From the NCBI RefSeq assembly GCF_003019035.1, contig NZ_CP027447.1: a stretch of DNA of 64,000 bases; one strand, written 5' to 3'. The notes beneath the pieces were generated by a model. It saw nothing but the letters and a program-made list of their open reading frames with translations. It was not told the origin of the DNA and searched no databases. Source of the DNA: Escherichia coli. Lineage in GTDB: Bacteria; Pseudomonadota; Gammaproteobacteria; Enterobacterales; Enterobacteriaceae. Shown piece after piece: positions 36,508-47,961 of this stretch. Position 1 is the first letter of the stretch; every line of letters begins with the position of its first letter. The translations under genes and the position numbers were made by a program.

Positions 36508-36848
36508 GCAACGCCTCCGCATTAGGACGCAATGGCGTACATGATTTCATCCTCGTTCGCGCTACCGCTATCGTCCTGACGCTCTACATCATTTATATGG
36601 TCGGTTTTTTCGCTACCAGTGGCGAGCTGACATATGAAGTCTGGATTGGTTTCTTCGCCTCTGCGTTCACCAAAGTGTTCACCCTGCTGGCGCTGTTTTC
36701 TATCTTGATTCATGCCTGGATCGGCATGTGGCAGGTGTTGACCGACTACGTTAAACCGCTGGCCTTGCGCCTGATGCTGCAACTGGTGATTGTCGTTGCA
36801 CTGGTGGTTTACGTGATTTATGGATTCGTTGTGGTGTGGGGTGTGTGA
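36501..36848 (+). CDS. sdhD: Succinate dehydrogenase membrane anchor subunit (115 aa)
   Basis: [30 protein letters not shown]; overlaps sdhC and sdhA. Confidence 0.95.
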
Positions 36849-38614
36849 TGAAATTGCCAGTCAGAGAATTTGATGCAGTTGTGATTGGTGCCGGTGGCGC
36901 AGGTATGCGCGCGGCGCTGCAAATTTCCCAGAGCGGTCAGACCTGTGCGCTGCTCTCTAAAGTCTTCCCGACCCGTTCCCATACCGTTTCTGCGCAAGGC
37001 GGCATTACCGTTGCGCTGGGTAATACCCATGAAGATAACTGGGAATGGCATATGTACGATACCGTAAAAGGGTCGGACTATATCGGTGACCAGGACGCGA
37101 TTGAATATATGTGTAAAACCGGGCCGGAAGCGATTCTGGAACTCGAACACATGGGCCTGCCGTTCTCGCGTCTTGATGATGGTCGTATCTATCAACGTCC
37201 GTTTGGCGGTCAGTCGAAAAACTTCGGCGGCGAGCAGGCGGCACGCACTGCGGCGGCTGCTGACCGTACCGGTCACGCACTGTTGCACACGCTTTATCAG
37301 CAGAACCTGAAAAACCACACCACTATTTTCTCCGAGTGGTATGCGCTGGATCTGGTGAAAAACCAGGATGGCGCGGTGGTGGGTTGTACTGCACTGTGCA
37401 TCGAAACTGGTGAAGTGGTTTATTTCAAAGCCCGCGCTACCGTGCTGGCGACTGGCGGGGCAGGGCGTATTTATCAGTCCACCACTAACGCCCACATTAA
37501 CACTGGCGACGGTGTCGGCATGGCTATCCGTGCAGGCGTACCGGTGCAGGATATGGAAATGTGGCAGTTCCACCCGACCGGTATTGCAGGTGCGGGCGTC
37601 CTGGTCACCGAAGGTTGCCGTGGTGAAGGCGGTTATCTGCTGAACAAACATGGCGAACGCTTTATGGAGCGTTATGCGCCGAACGCCAAAGACCTGGCGG
37701 GCCGTGACGTGGTGGCGCGTTCCATCATGATTGAAATCCGTGAAGGTCGCGGCTGTGATGGTCCGTGGGGGCCACATGCGAAACTGAAACTCGATCACCT
37801 GGGTAAAGAAGTTCTCGAATCCCGTCTGCCGGGTATCCTGGAACTCTCCCGTACCTTCGCTCACGTTGATCCGGTGAAAGAGCCGATTCCGGTTATCCCA
37901 ACCTGTCACTACATGATGGGCGGTATTCCGACCAAAGTGACCGGTCAGGCGCTGACGGTGAATGAGAAAGGCGAAGATGTGGTGGTTCCGGGGCTGTTTG
38001 CCGTTGGTGAAATCGCTTGTGTATCGGTACACGGCGCTAACCGTCTGGGCGGCAACTCGCTGCTGGACCTGGTGGTCTTTGGTCGCGCAGCGGGTCTGCA
38101 TCTGCAAGAGTCTATCGCCGAGCAGGGCGCACTGCGCGATGCCAGCGAGTCTGATGTAGAAGCGTCTCTGGATCGCCTGAACCGCTGGAACAACAACCGT
38201 AACGGTGAAGATCCGGTGGCGATCCGTAAAGCACTGCAAGAATGTATGCAGCATAACTTCTCGGTCTTCCGTGAAGGTGATGCGATGGCGAAAGGTCTTG
38301 AGCAGTTGAAAGTTATCCGCGAGCGCCTGAAAAATGCCCGTCTGGATGACACTTCCAGCGAGTTCAACACCCAGCGCGTTGAGTGCCTGGAACTTGATAA
38401 CCTGATGGAAACGGCGTATGCAACGGCTGTTTCTGCCAACTTCCGTACCGAAAGCCGTGGCGCGCATAGCCGCTTCGACTTCCCGGATCGTGATGATGAA
38501 AACTGGCTGTGCCACTCCCTGTATCTGCCAGAGTCGGAATCCATGACGCGCCGAAGCGTCAACATGGAACCGAAACTGCGCCCGGCATTCCCGCCGAAGA
38601 TTCGTACTTACTAA
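36848..38614 (+). CDS. sdhA: Succinate dehydrogenase flavoprotein subunit (588 aa)
   Basis: ORF 36836..38614; start [25 protein letters not shown] (FAD-binding GxGxxG). Confidence 0.97.
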   Translation: MKLPVREFDAVVIGAGGAGMRAALQISQSGQTCALLSKVFPTRSHTVSAQGGITVALGNTHEDNWEWHMYDTVKGSDYIGDQDAIEYMCKTGPEAILELEHMGLPFSRLDDGRIYQRPFGGQSKNFGGEQAARTAAAADRTGHALLHTLYQQNLKNHTTIFSEWYALDLVKNQDGAVVGCTALCIETGEVVYFKARATVLATGGAGRIYQSTTNAHINTGDGVGMAIRAGVPVQDMEMWQFHPTGIAGAGVLVTEGCRGEGGYLLNKHGERFMERYAPNAKDLAGRDVVARSIMIEIREGRGCDGPWGPHAKLKLDHLGKEVLESRLPGILELSRTFAHVDPVKEPIPVIPTCHYMMGGIPTKVTGQALTVNEKGEDVVVPGLFAVGEIACVSVHGANRLGGNSLLDLVVFGRAAGLHLQESIAEQGALRDASESDVEASLDRLNRWNNNRNGEDPVAIRKALQECMQHNFSVFREGDAMAKGLEQLKVIRERLKNARLDDTSSEFNTQRVECLELDNLMETAYATAVSANFRTESRGAHSRFDFPDRDDENWLCHSLYLPESESMTRRSVNMEPKLRPAFPPKIRTY

Positions 38615-38629
38615 TGCGGAGACAGGAAA

Positions 38630-39346
38630 ATGAGACTCGAGTTTTCAATTTATCGCTATAACCCGGATGTTGATGATGCTCCGCGTATGCAGGATTACAC
38701 CCTGGAAGCGGAAGAAGGTCGTGACATGATGCTGCTGGATGCGCTTATCCAGCTGAAAGAGAAAGATCCCAGCCTGTCGTTCCGCCGCTCCTGCCGCGAA
38801 GGTGTGTGCGGTTCCGACGGTCTGAACATGAACGGCAAGAATGGTCTGGCCTGTATTACCCCGATTTCGGCACTCAACCAGCCGGGCAAGAAGATTGTGA
38901 TTCGCCCGCTGCCAGGTTTACCGGTGATCCGCGATTTGGTGGTAGACATGGGACAATTCTATGCGCAATATGAGAAAATTAAGCCTTACCTGTTGAATAA
39001 TGGACAAAATCCGCCAGCTCGCGAGCATTTACAGATGCCAGAGCAGCGCGAAAAACTCGACGGGTTGTATGAATGTATTCTCTGCGCATGTTGTTCAACC
39101 TCTTGTCCGTCTTTCTGGTGGAATCCCGATAAGTTTATCGGCCCGGCAGGCTTGTTAGCGGCATATCGTTTCCTGATCGATAGCCGTGATACCGAGACTG
39201 ACAGCCGCCTCGACGGTTTGAGCGATGCATTCAGTGTATTCCGCTGTCACAGCATCATGAACTGCGTCAGTGTATGTCCGAAGGGGCTGAACCCGACGCG
39301 CGCCATCGGCCATATCAAGTCGATGTTGTTGCAACGTAATGCGTAA
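38630..39346 (+). CDS. sdhB: Succinate dehydrogenase iron-sulfur subunit (238 aa)
   Basis: Fe-S cysteine clusters (CREGVCGSDG, CILCACCSTSCP, CHSIMNCVSVCP). Confidence 0.97.
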   Translation: MRLEFSIYRYNPDVDDAPRMQDYTLEAEEGRDMMLLDALIQLKEKDPSLSFRRSCREGVCGSDGLNMNGKNGLACITPISALNQPGKKIVIRPLPGLPVIRDLVVDMGQFYAQYEKIKPYLLNNGQNPPAREHLQMPEQREKLDGLYECILCACCSTSCPSFWWNPDKFIGPAGLLAAYRFLIDSRDTETDSRLDGLSDAFSVFRCHSIMNCVSVCPKGLNPTRAIGHIKSMLLQRNA

Positions 39347-39546
39347 TTAAATGTTGATGCCGGGGAAATCCCCCGGCTATTCAGGAAATCTTTAAAAACT
39401 GCCCCTGACACTAAGACAGTTTTTAAAGGTTCCTTCGCGAGCCACTACGTAGACAAGAGCTCGCAAGTGAACCCCGGCACGCACATCACTGTGCGTGGTA
39501 GTATCCACGGCGAAGTAAGCATAAAAAAGATGCTTAAGGGATCACG

Positions 39547-42348
39547 ATGCAGAACAGCGCTTTGAAAGCCTGGTTGGACTCTTCTTACCTCTCTGGCGCA
39601 AACCAGAGCTGGATAGAACAGCTCTATGAAGACTTCTTAACCGATCCTGACTCGGTTGACGCTAACTGGCGTTCGACGTTCCAGCAGTTACCTGGTACGG
39701 GAGTCAAACCGGATCAATTCCACTCTCAAACGCGTGAATATTTCCGCCGCCTGGCGAAAGACGCTTCACGTTACTCTTCAACGATCTCCGACCCTGACAC
39801 CAATGTGAAGCAGGTTAAAGTCCTGCAGCTCATTAACGCATACCGCTTCCGTGGTCACCAGCATGCGAATCTCGATCCGCTGGGACTGTGGCAGCAAGAT
39901 AAAGTGGCCGATCTGGATCCGTCTTTCCACGATCTGACCGAAGCAGACTTCCAGGAGACCTTCAACGTCGGTTCATTTGCCAGCGGCAAAGAAACCATGA
40001 AACTCGGCGAGCTGCTGGAAGCCCTCAAGCAAACCTACTGCGGCCCGATTGGTGCCGAGTATATGCACATCACCAGCACCGAAGAAAAACGCTGGATCCA
40101 ACAGCGTATCGAGTCTGGTCGCGCGACTTTCAATAGCGAAGAGAAAAAACGCTTCTTAAGCGAACTGACCGCCGCTGAAGGCCTTGAACGTTACCTCGGC
40201 GCAAAATTCCCTGGCGCAAAACGCTTCTCGCTGGAAGGCGGTGACGCGTTAATCCCGATGCTTAAAGAGATGATCCGCCACGCTGGCAACAGCGGCACCC
40301 GCGAAGTGGTTCTCGGGATGGCGCACCGTGGTCGTCTGAACGTGCTGGTGAACGTGCTGGGTAAAAAACCGCAAGACTTGTTCGACGAGTTTGCCGGTAA
40401 ACATAAAGAACACCTCGGCACGGGCGACGTGAAATACCACATGGGCTTCTCGTCTGACTTCCAGACCGATGGCGGCCTGGTGCACCTGGCGCTGGCGTTT
40501 AACCCGTCTCACCTTGAGATTGTCAGCCCGGTAGTTATCGGTTCTGTTCGTGCCCGTCTGGACAGACTCGATGAGCCGAGCAGCAACAAAGTGCTGCCAA
40601 TCACCATCCACGGTGACGCCGCAGTGACCGGGCAGGGCGTGGTTCAGGAAACCCTGAACATGTCGAAAGCGCGTGGTTATGAAGTTGGCGGTACGGTACG
40701 TATCGTTATCAACAACCAGGTTGGCTTCACCACCTCTAATCCGCTGGATGCTCGTTCTACACCGTACTGTACTGATATCGGTAAGATGGTTCAGGCACCG
40801 ATTTTCCACGTAAACGCGGATGATCCGGAAGCCGTTGCTTTTGTGACCCGTCTGGCGCTCGATTTCCGTAACACCTTTAAACGTGATGTCTTCATCGACC
40901 TGGTGTGCTACCGCCGTCACGGCCACAACGAAGCCGACGAGCCGAGCGCAACCCAGCCGCTGATGTATCAGAAAATCAAAAAACATCCGACGCCGCGCAA
41001 AATCTACGCTGACAAGCTGGAGCAGGAAAAAGTCGCGACGCTGGAAGATGCCACCGAGATGGTTAACCTGTACCGCGATGCGCTGGATGCTGGCGATTGC
41101 GTTGTAGCAGAGTGGCGTCCGATGAACATGCACTCTTTCACCTGGTCGCCGTACCTCAACCACGAATGGGACGAAGAGTACCCGAACAAAGTTGAGATGA
41201 AGCGCCTGCAGGAACTGGCTAAACGCATCAGCACGGTGCCGGAAGCGGTTGAAATGCAGTCTCGCGTTGCCAAGATTTATGGCGATCGCCAGGCGATGGC
41301 AGCCGGTGAGAAACTGTTCGACTGGGGCGGCGCGGAAAACCTCGCTTACGCCACGCTGGTTGACGAAGGCATTCCGGTTCGCCTGTCGGGTGAAGACTCC
41401 GGTCGCGGTACCTTCTTCCACCGCCACGCGGTGATCCACAACCAGTCTAACGGTTCCACTTACACGCCGCTGCAACACATCCATAACGGCCAGGGCGCGT
41501 TCCGTGTCTGGGACTCCGTACTGTCTGAAGAAGCCGTGCTGGCGTTTGAATACGGTTATGCCACCGCAGAACCACGCACTCTGACTATCTGGGAAGCGCA
41601 GTTCGGTGACTTCGCTAACGGTGCTCAGGTGGTTATCGACCAGTTCATCTCCTCTGGCGAACAGAAATGGGGCCGGATGTGTGGCCTGGTGATGTTGCTG
41701 CCGCACGGTTACGAAGGGCAGGGGCCGGAGCACTCCTCCGCGCGTCTGGAACGTTATCTGCAACTTTGCGCTGAGCAAAACATGCAGGTTTGCGTACCGT
41801 CTACCCCGGCACAGGTTTACCACATGCTGCGTCGTCAGGCGCTGCGCGGGATGCGTCGTCCGCTGGTCGTGATGTCGCCGAAATCCCTGCTGCGTCATCC
41901 GCTGGCGGTTTCCAGCCTCGAAGAACTGGCGAACGGCACCTTCCTGCCAGCCATCGGTGAAATCGACGAGCTTGATCCGAAGGGCGTGAAGCGCGTAGTG
42001 ATGTGTTCTGGTAAGGTTTATTACGACCTGCTGGAACAACGTCGTAAGAACAATCAACACGATGTCGCCATTGTGCGTATCGAGCAACTCTACCCGTTCC
42101 CGCATAAAGCGATGCAGGAAGTGTTGCAGCAGTTTGCTCACGTCAAGGATTTTGTCTGGTGCCAGGAAGAGCCGCTCAATCAGGGCGCATGGTACTGCAG
42201 CCAGCATCATTTCCGTGAAGTGATTCCGTTTGGGGCTTCTCTGCGTTATGCAGGCCGCCCGGCCTCCGCCTCTCCGGCGGTAGGGTATATGTCCGTTCAC
42301 CAGAAACAGCAGCAAGATCTGGTTAATGACGCGCTGAACGTCGAATAA
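39547..42348 (+). CDS. sucA: 2-oxoglutarate dehydrogenase E1 component (933 aa)
   Basis: [38 protein letters not shown]; length and operon position. Confidence 0.97.
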   Translation: MQNSALKAWLDSSYLSGANQSWIEQLYEDFLTDPDSVDANWRSTFQQLPGTGVKPDQFHSQTREYFRRLAKDASRYSSTISDPDTNVKQVKVLQLINAYRFRGHQHANLDPLGLWQQDKVADLDPSFHDLTEADFQETFNVGSFASGKETMKLGELLEALKQTYCGPIGAEYMHITSTEEKRWIQQRIESGRATFNSEEKKRFLSELTAAEGLERYLGAKFPGAKRFSLEGGDALIPMLKEMIRHAGNSGTREVVLGMAHRGRLNVLVNVLGKKPQDLFDEFAGKHKEHLGTGDVKYHMGFSSDFQTDGGLVHLALAFNPSHLEIVSPVVIGSVRARLDRLDEPSSNKVLPITIHGDAAVTGQGVVQETLNMSKARGYEVGGTVRIVINNQVGFTTSNPLDARSTPYCTDIGKMVQAPIFHVNADDPEAVAFVTRLALDFRNTFKRDVFIDLVCYRRHGHNEADEPSATQPLMYQKIKKHPTPRKIYADKLEQEKVATLEDATEMVNLYRDALDAGDCVVAEWRPMNMHSFTWSPYLNHEWDEEYPNKVEMKRLQELAKRISTVPEAVEMQSRVAKIYGDRQAMAAGEKLFDWGGAENLAYATLVDEGIPVRLSGEDSGRGTFFHRHAVIHNQSNGSTYTPLQHIHNGQGAFRVWDSVLSEEAVLAFEYGYATAEPRTLTIWEAQFGDFANGAQVVIDQFISSGEQKWGRMCGLVMLLPHGYEGQGPEHSSARLERYLQLCAEQNMQVCVPSTPAQVYHMLRRQALRGMRRPLVVMSPKSLLRHPLAVSSLEELANGTFLPAIGEIDELDPKGVKRVVMCSGKVYYDLLEQRRKNNQHDVAIVRIEQLYPFPHKAMQEVLQQFAHVKDFVWCQEEPLNQGAWYCSQHHFREVIPFGASLRYAGRPASASPAVGYMSVHQKQQQDLVNDALNVE

Positions 42349-42362
42349 ATAAAGGATACACA

Positions 42363-43580
42363 ATGAGTAGCGTAGATATTCTGGTCCCTGACCTGCCTGA
42401 ATCCGTAGCCGATGCCACCGTCGCAACCTGGCATAAAAAACCCGGCGACGCAGTCGTACGTGATGAAGTGCTGGTAGAAATCGAAACTGACAAAGTGGTA
42501 CTGGAAGTACCGGCATCAGCAGACGGCATTCTGGATGCGGTTCTGGAAGATGAAGGTACAACGGTAACGTCTCGTCAGATCCTTGGTCGCCTGCGTGAAG
42601 GCAACAGCGCGGGTAAAGAAACCAGCGCCAAATCTGAAGAGAAAGCGTCCACTCCGGCGCAACGCCAGCAGGCGTCTCTGGAAGAGCAAAACAACGATGC
42701 GTTAAGCCCGGCGATCCGTCGCCTGCTGGCTGAACATAACCTCGACGCCAGCGCCATTAAAGGCACCGGTGTGGGTGGTCGTCTGACCCGTGAAGATGTG
42801 GAAAAACATCTGGCGAAAGCCCCGGCGAAAGAGTCTGCTCCGGCAGCGGCTGCTCCGGCGGCGCAACCGGCCCTGGCTGCACGTAGCGAAAAACGTGTGC
42901 CGATGACTCGCCTGCGTAAGCGTGTGGCAGAGCGTCTGCTGGAAGCGAAAAATTCCACCGCCATGCTGACCACGTTCAACGAAGTCAACATGAAGCCGAT
43001 TATGGATCTGCGTAAGCAGTACGGTGAAGCGTTTGAAAAACGCCACGGCATCCGTCTGGGCTTTATGTCCTTCTACGTGAAAGCGGTGGTTGAAGCCCTG
43101 AAACGTTACCCGGAAGTGAATGCGTCTATCGACGGTGATGATGTGGTCTACCACAACTATTTCGACGTCAGTATGGCGGTTTCTACGCCGCGCGGCCTGG
43201 TGACGCCGGTTCTGCGTGATGTGGATACCCTCGGCATGGCAGACATCGAGAAGAAAATTAAAGAGCTGGCAGTTAAAGGCCGTGACGGCAAGCTGACGGT
43301 TGAAGATCTGACCGGTGGTAACTTCACCATCACCAACGGTGGTGTGTTCGGTTCCCTGATGTCTACGCCGATCATCAACCCGCCGCAGAGCGCAATTCTG
43401 GGTATGCACGCTATCAAAGATCGTCCGATGGCGGTGAATGGTCAGGTTGAGATCCTGCCGATGATGTACCTGGCGCTGTCCTACGATCACCGTCTGATCG
43501 ATGGTCGCGAATCCGTGGGCTTCCTGGTAACGATCAAAGAGTTGCTGGAAGATCCGACGCGTCTGCTGCTGGACGTGTAG
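42363..43580 (+). CDS. sucB: Dihydrolipoyllysine-residue succinyltransferase E2 (405 aa)
   Basis: Lipoyl domain ([13 protein letters not shown]), linker, catalytic domain with DHRLIDG. Confidence 0.97.
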
Positions 43581-43673
43581 TAGTTTAAGTTTCACCTGCA
43601 CTGTAGACCGACGTGGATAGGGTGTCGGTCTACGGTTTAAAAGATAACGATTACTGAAGGATGGACAGAACAC

Positions 43674-44840
43674 ATGAACTTACATGAATATCAGGCAAAA
43701 CAACTTTTTGCCCGCTATGGCTTACCAGCACCGGTGGGTTATGCCTGTACTACTCCGCGCGAAGCAGAAGAAGCCGCTTCAAAAATCGGTGCCGGTCCGT
43801 GGGTAGTGAAATGTCAGGTTCACGCTGGTGGCCGCGGTAAAGCGGGCGGTGTGAAAGTGGTAAACAGCAAAGAAGACATCCGTGCTTTTGCAGAAAACTG
43901 GCTGGGCAAGCGTCTGGTAACGTATCAAACAGATGCCAATGGCCAACCGGTTAACCAGATTCTGGTTGAAGCAGCGACCGATATCGCTAAAGAGCTGTAT
44001 CTCGGTGCCGTTGTAGACCGTAGTTCACGTCGCGTGGTCTTTATGGCCTCCACCGAAGGCGGCGTGGAAATCGAAAAAGTGGCGGAAGAAACTCCGCACC
44101 TGATCCACAAAGTTGCGCTTGATCCGCTGACTGGCCCGATGCCGTATCAGGGACGCGAGCTGGCGTTCAAACTGGGTCTGGAAGGTAAACTGGTTCAGCA
44201 GTTCACCAAAATCTTCATGGGCCTGGCGACCATTTTCCTGGAGCGCGACCTTGCTCTTATCGAAATTAACCCGCTGGTTATTACCAAACAGGGCGATCTG
44301 ATCTGCCTCGACGGCAAACTGGGTGCTGACGGCAACGCACTGTTCCGCCAGCCTGATCTGCGCGAAATGCGTGACCAGTCGCAGGAAGATCCGCGTGAAG
44401 CACAGGCTGCACAGTGGGAACTGAACTACGTTGCGCTGGACGGTAACATCGGTTGTATGGTTAACGGCGCAGGCCTGGCGATGGGCACCATGGACATCGT
44501 TAAACTGCACGGCGGCGAACCGGCTAACTTCCTGGACGTTGGCGGCGGCGCAACCAAAGAGCGCGTAACCGAAGCGTTCAAAATCATCCTCTCTGACGAC
44601 AAAGTGAAAGCCGTTCTGGTTAACATCTTCGGCGGTATCGTTCGTTGCGACCTGATCGCTGACGGTATCATCGGCGCGGTAGCGGAAGTGGGTGTTAACG
44701 TACCGGTCGTGGTACGTCTGGAAGGTAACAACGCCGAACTCGGCGCGAAGAAACTGGCTGACAGCGGCCTGAATATTATTGCAGCAAAAGGTCTGACGGA
44801 TGCAGCTCAGCAGGTTGTTGCCGCAGTGGAGGGGAAATAA
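43674..44840 (+). CDS. sucC: Succinyl-CoA synthetase beta subunit (388 aa)
   Basis: [42 protein letters not shown]-grasp. Confidence 0.97.
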
Positions 44841-45709
44841 TGTCCATTTTAATTGATAAAAACACCAAGGTTATCTGCCAGGGCTTTACCGGTAGCCAGG
44901 GGACTTTCCACTCAGAACAGGCTATTGCATACGGCACTAAAATGGTTGGCGGCGTAACCCCAGGTAAAGGCGGCACCACCCACCTCGGCCTGCCAGTGTT
45001 CAACACCGTGCGTGAAGCTGTTGCTGCTACTGGCGCTACCGCTTCTGTTATCTACGTACCAGCACCGTTCTGCAAAGACTCCATTCTGGAAGCTATTGAT
45101 GCAGGCATCAAACTGATTATCACCATCACTGAAGGCATCCCGACGCTGGATATGCTGACCGTGAAGGTGAAACTGGATGAAGCGGGCGTTCGCATGATCG
45201 GCCCGAACTGCCCGGGCGTTATCACTCCGGGTGAATGCAAAATCGGTATCCAGCCTGGTCACATTCACAAACCGGGTAAAGTGGGTATCGTTTCCCGTTC
45301 CGGTACACTGACCTATGAAGCGGTTAAACAGACCACGGATTACGGTTTCGGTCAGTCGACCTGTGTTGGTATCGGCGGCGACCCGATCCCTGGCTCTAAC
45401 TTTATCGACATCCTCGAAATGTTCGAAAAAGATCCGCAGACCGAAGCGATCGTGATGATCGGTGAGATCGGCGGTAGCGCTGAAGAAGAAGCGGCTGCGT
45501 ACATCAAAGAGCACGTTACCAAGCCTGTTGTGGGTTACATCGCTGGTGTGACTGCGCCGAAAGGCAAACGTATGGGCCACGCGGGTGCGATCATTGCCGG
45601 TGGGAAAGGGACTGCGGATGAGAAATTCGCTGCTCTGGAAGCCGCAGGCGTGAAAACCGTTCGCAGCCTGGCTGATATCGGTGAAGCACTGAAAACTGTT
45701 CTGAAATAA
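44840..45709 (+). CDS. sucD: Succinyl-CoA synthetase alpha subunit (289 aa)
   Basis: [45 protein letters not shown]; ATGA-type overlap with sucC. Confidence 0.97.
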
Positions 45710-45711
45710 AT

Positions 45712-45810
45712 ATCTGTAATAAGAAATAGCCCTCGCCGCTTCCCTCTACAGGAATGGCGAAGGGCTGTCGGTTTCGACATGGTTGGCCATCATATGATGG
45801 CCTTTTTTAT
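45712..45810 (+). ncRNA. sdhX: 3'UTR-derived sRNA SdhX (RybD) with intrinsic terminator
   Basis: Sequence immediately after sucD stop ending in hairpin ggttggccatcatatgatggcc plus T-run, the known location of SdhX. Confidence 0.6.
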
Positions 45811-47204
45811 GCCTTAAACGTTAACCACGGTCGAAATCTGACCGCAGGTTGAATTAATCCGGCTTCTTGTTGGGCTTCGATAACCGGACCAATATCTTTA
45901 TAAGCCGCTGGCGCTTCTTCAAGACGTCGTTCTTCGCGCAATGTGACGCATTGCCACGGCAGCGTTGACTCTTCAGTCGCGCTTGAGCGCATGGCCTGCC
46001 GACGCTGGCTGCGTCCTGCTCCGTGACTGCAAGACCACAGCCACTCCGGGTTGCCGCAACCAACCGCAAGCCACGAATAATCACCCATGGAACCGGGGAT
46101 TAACGCCAGATCGCCCGCGCGTGCCGGTGTTGCACCTTTGCGATGAATATTCATTTCATGCTCGTGAAGGATGATGTTATGCGGCACATCCACCACCAGA
46201 TGTGAATCATCCTGATGAAATAAATCGGCAAAACATACGCGAACCATTTCCGCAATGGTCACGCGATTTAACCATGCGTAACGCGCCGCCATTCCCATCG
46301 CTTGTAGATATTCCTCCGCCAGTCCGCCTGCCAGGCCATATAACCCGCTTTGTGGATGTTTATGTCCGGTGGGCCATTCAGCACGGGCGCGATCCATCCA
46401 GCGTCTTCCGACGTAAAAGCCAACATCTCGCGATCCACTGTGGATCATCACCACAATATCGCCCGTTTTCAGCCCTTGTTGCCAGGCAACATGGCGATCA
46501 ACCACGCTATCAACCACCTGAAGTTCAATAAAATGATTACCTGAACCCGGCGTACCAAGACAAGGATCGCGGAGTAATGGGCGGTCCGTTACCAGCAGGG
46601 CGGGTGGGGCATAACGCGAATGACTGTTATGCTCGTTAAGCCCAATGCAGCGGTCAATCTCTTGTACCATTCGGGGGATATTCGTGCGTGTCCAGAGACC
46701 TGCTGATGGCAAGGCTGACATGCACTCTGCCGGTCCGTCATCAAAAAGCGCGGTGAACGCCTGTGCGGATAACGGAACATCGCGCTCATTTTGCAGTAGC
46801 ACTTGCGTTAACCGCTGAGCGATGACGTCTTTATTCGCTTCGGCTTGCTCAAGTGTTAATCCGGTCGTCAGCAGCCGCATGCCACAAGAAATATCGGTGC
46901 CGATGGCCGCAGGAATGACTAAATCCGGCGTAGAGGCGACTACCGCGCCAACGGGGACGCCATTGCCGGGATGAAAATCTGGCGTCGCACAGGTCTGGCG
47001 TACGTAACCTGGATGGTCTGGTATCTTCACTTCTGCAAAATCAAGCAGTTGTGTCACTGCTTTTTCTTCCAGCGGCAGTTCGTCCGGCAGCAGTACGTGG
47101 GCACTGGCTCCTGATGGACGACATAATGAAACAATATTGTTGGCGCGGGAAAGTTGGATCCCTTTGCGCAGAAAGGCTTTATCAAGCCTTGAAAGATGAT
47201 GCAT
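45807..47204 (-). CDS. RtcB-family RNA ligase paralog (465 aa), first gene of accessory island
   Basis: RtcB motifs DISCGMR, PGSGNHFIE, MIHSGSRDVG, PGSMGDYSW, SCSHGAGR; about 60-aa N-terminal extension relative to RtcB; 3' end overlaps sdhX terminator. Confidence 0.8.
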   Translation of the reverse strand: MHHLSRLDKAFLRKGIQLSRANNIVSLCRPSGASAHVLLPDELPLEEKAVTQLLDFAEVKIPDHPGYVRQTCATPDFHPGNGVPVGAVVASTPDLVIPAAIGTDISCGMRLLTTGLTLEQAEANKDVIAQRLTQVLLQNERDVPLSAQAFTALFDDGPAECMSALPSAGLWTRTNIPRMVQEIDRCIGLNEHNSHSRYAPPALLVTDRPLLRDPCLGTPGSGNHFIELQVVDSVVDRHVAWQQGLKTGDIVVMIHSGSRDVGFYVGRRWMDRARAEWPTGHKHPQSGLYGLAGGLAEEYLQAMGMAARYAWLNRVTIAEMVRVCFADLFHQDDSHLVVDVPHNIILHEHEMNIHRKGATPARAGDLALIPGSMGDYSWLAVGCGNPEWLWSCSHGAGRSQRRQAMRSSATEESTLPWQCVTLREERRLEEAPAAYKDIGPVIEAQQEAGLIQPAVRFRPWLTFKA

Positions 47205-47961
47205 AACGCTGTCCTGAAATATAGACGTTAAACAACCCCCTTTATTGCGAGGGTAATTTTGTCTTTCCGGTCAGCAGCCAGCAAAAGGGAAAGAAAACGC
47301 GCGTAGTGTATGCAGCAATGACGATCAATACAAGATAAAAAAGACTATTAACAAACGGGGGTGTTATAAAAGGGGTCAGTTATCGACGCCAGATTGTAAA
47401 ATATGAAAAATGATAATTTCCAGTGGATATATTTTAAGATTTATTTTTACGCCTGTTTTTACGTCGGGTAACTATCCATTGTTGCCGTTTTTTAATTATC
47501 AAAAGTGGGATGAAAACAAATGGATTATTAATGATAATAAAACATGTCTTTATGACGAATAATGAAGATCTTATTTTAAATATCATTGTGTTATGCGCAC
47601 TGTGTGGTGTCGGAACACCTGTTGTTACGCTTATATCTGGTCGTTATTAACGCATTTCTCATATAATTAAATTACTGACATCTTGCAATCTCATCATATT
47701 CATATGTTCAAATTAGAAAATATTTTGCCAACAATATCACTTTTTCGACAAGTTAAATTAAGCATATTGAATTCGCATACAACGCGTTGGTGGTTTTGAA
47801 TTTATATTCATAGTGAATATACCACGACAAACAATATTCACTAAATGAATTAATAATACAAAATGATAAACGGGAATTATAGAAACCGTTTCTATATTCA
47901 TTCGTTCGTTTTTTCTGACCGATTACAGCGTTTAATTTTATCAAGTAACAGGAGAAGATTC
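47205..47961. promoter_or_regulatory. Long AT-rich divergent intergenic region (RtcB-like / hutU promoters)
   Basis: About 760 bp of very AT-rich DNA without ORFs >= 60 aa; only short ORFs such as 47531..47650 (39 aa, hydrophobic). Confidence 0.5.

Noticed and set aside
36818-38515. 565-aa minus-strand ORF antisense to sdhA
   Set aside because: Shadow ORF in a GC-rich conserved gene; sdhA on the plus strand has unambiguous motifs.
40249-42561. 770-aa minus-strand ORF antisense to sucA, and similar long antisense ORFs in sucB (42702..43673), sucD (44912..45580), kdpB (13020..13796), kdpA (15052..15765) and rhsC (17655..18296, 18984..19706)
   Set aside because: All lie antisense within strongly supported genes and lack start-site context; typical frame artefacts.
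47863-47961. N-terminal extension of the hutU ORF (start at 47863)
   Set aside because: Extension lies in very AT-rich DNA with no RBS; the ATG at 47962 has a GGAG RBS and matches urocanase N-termini.
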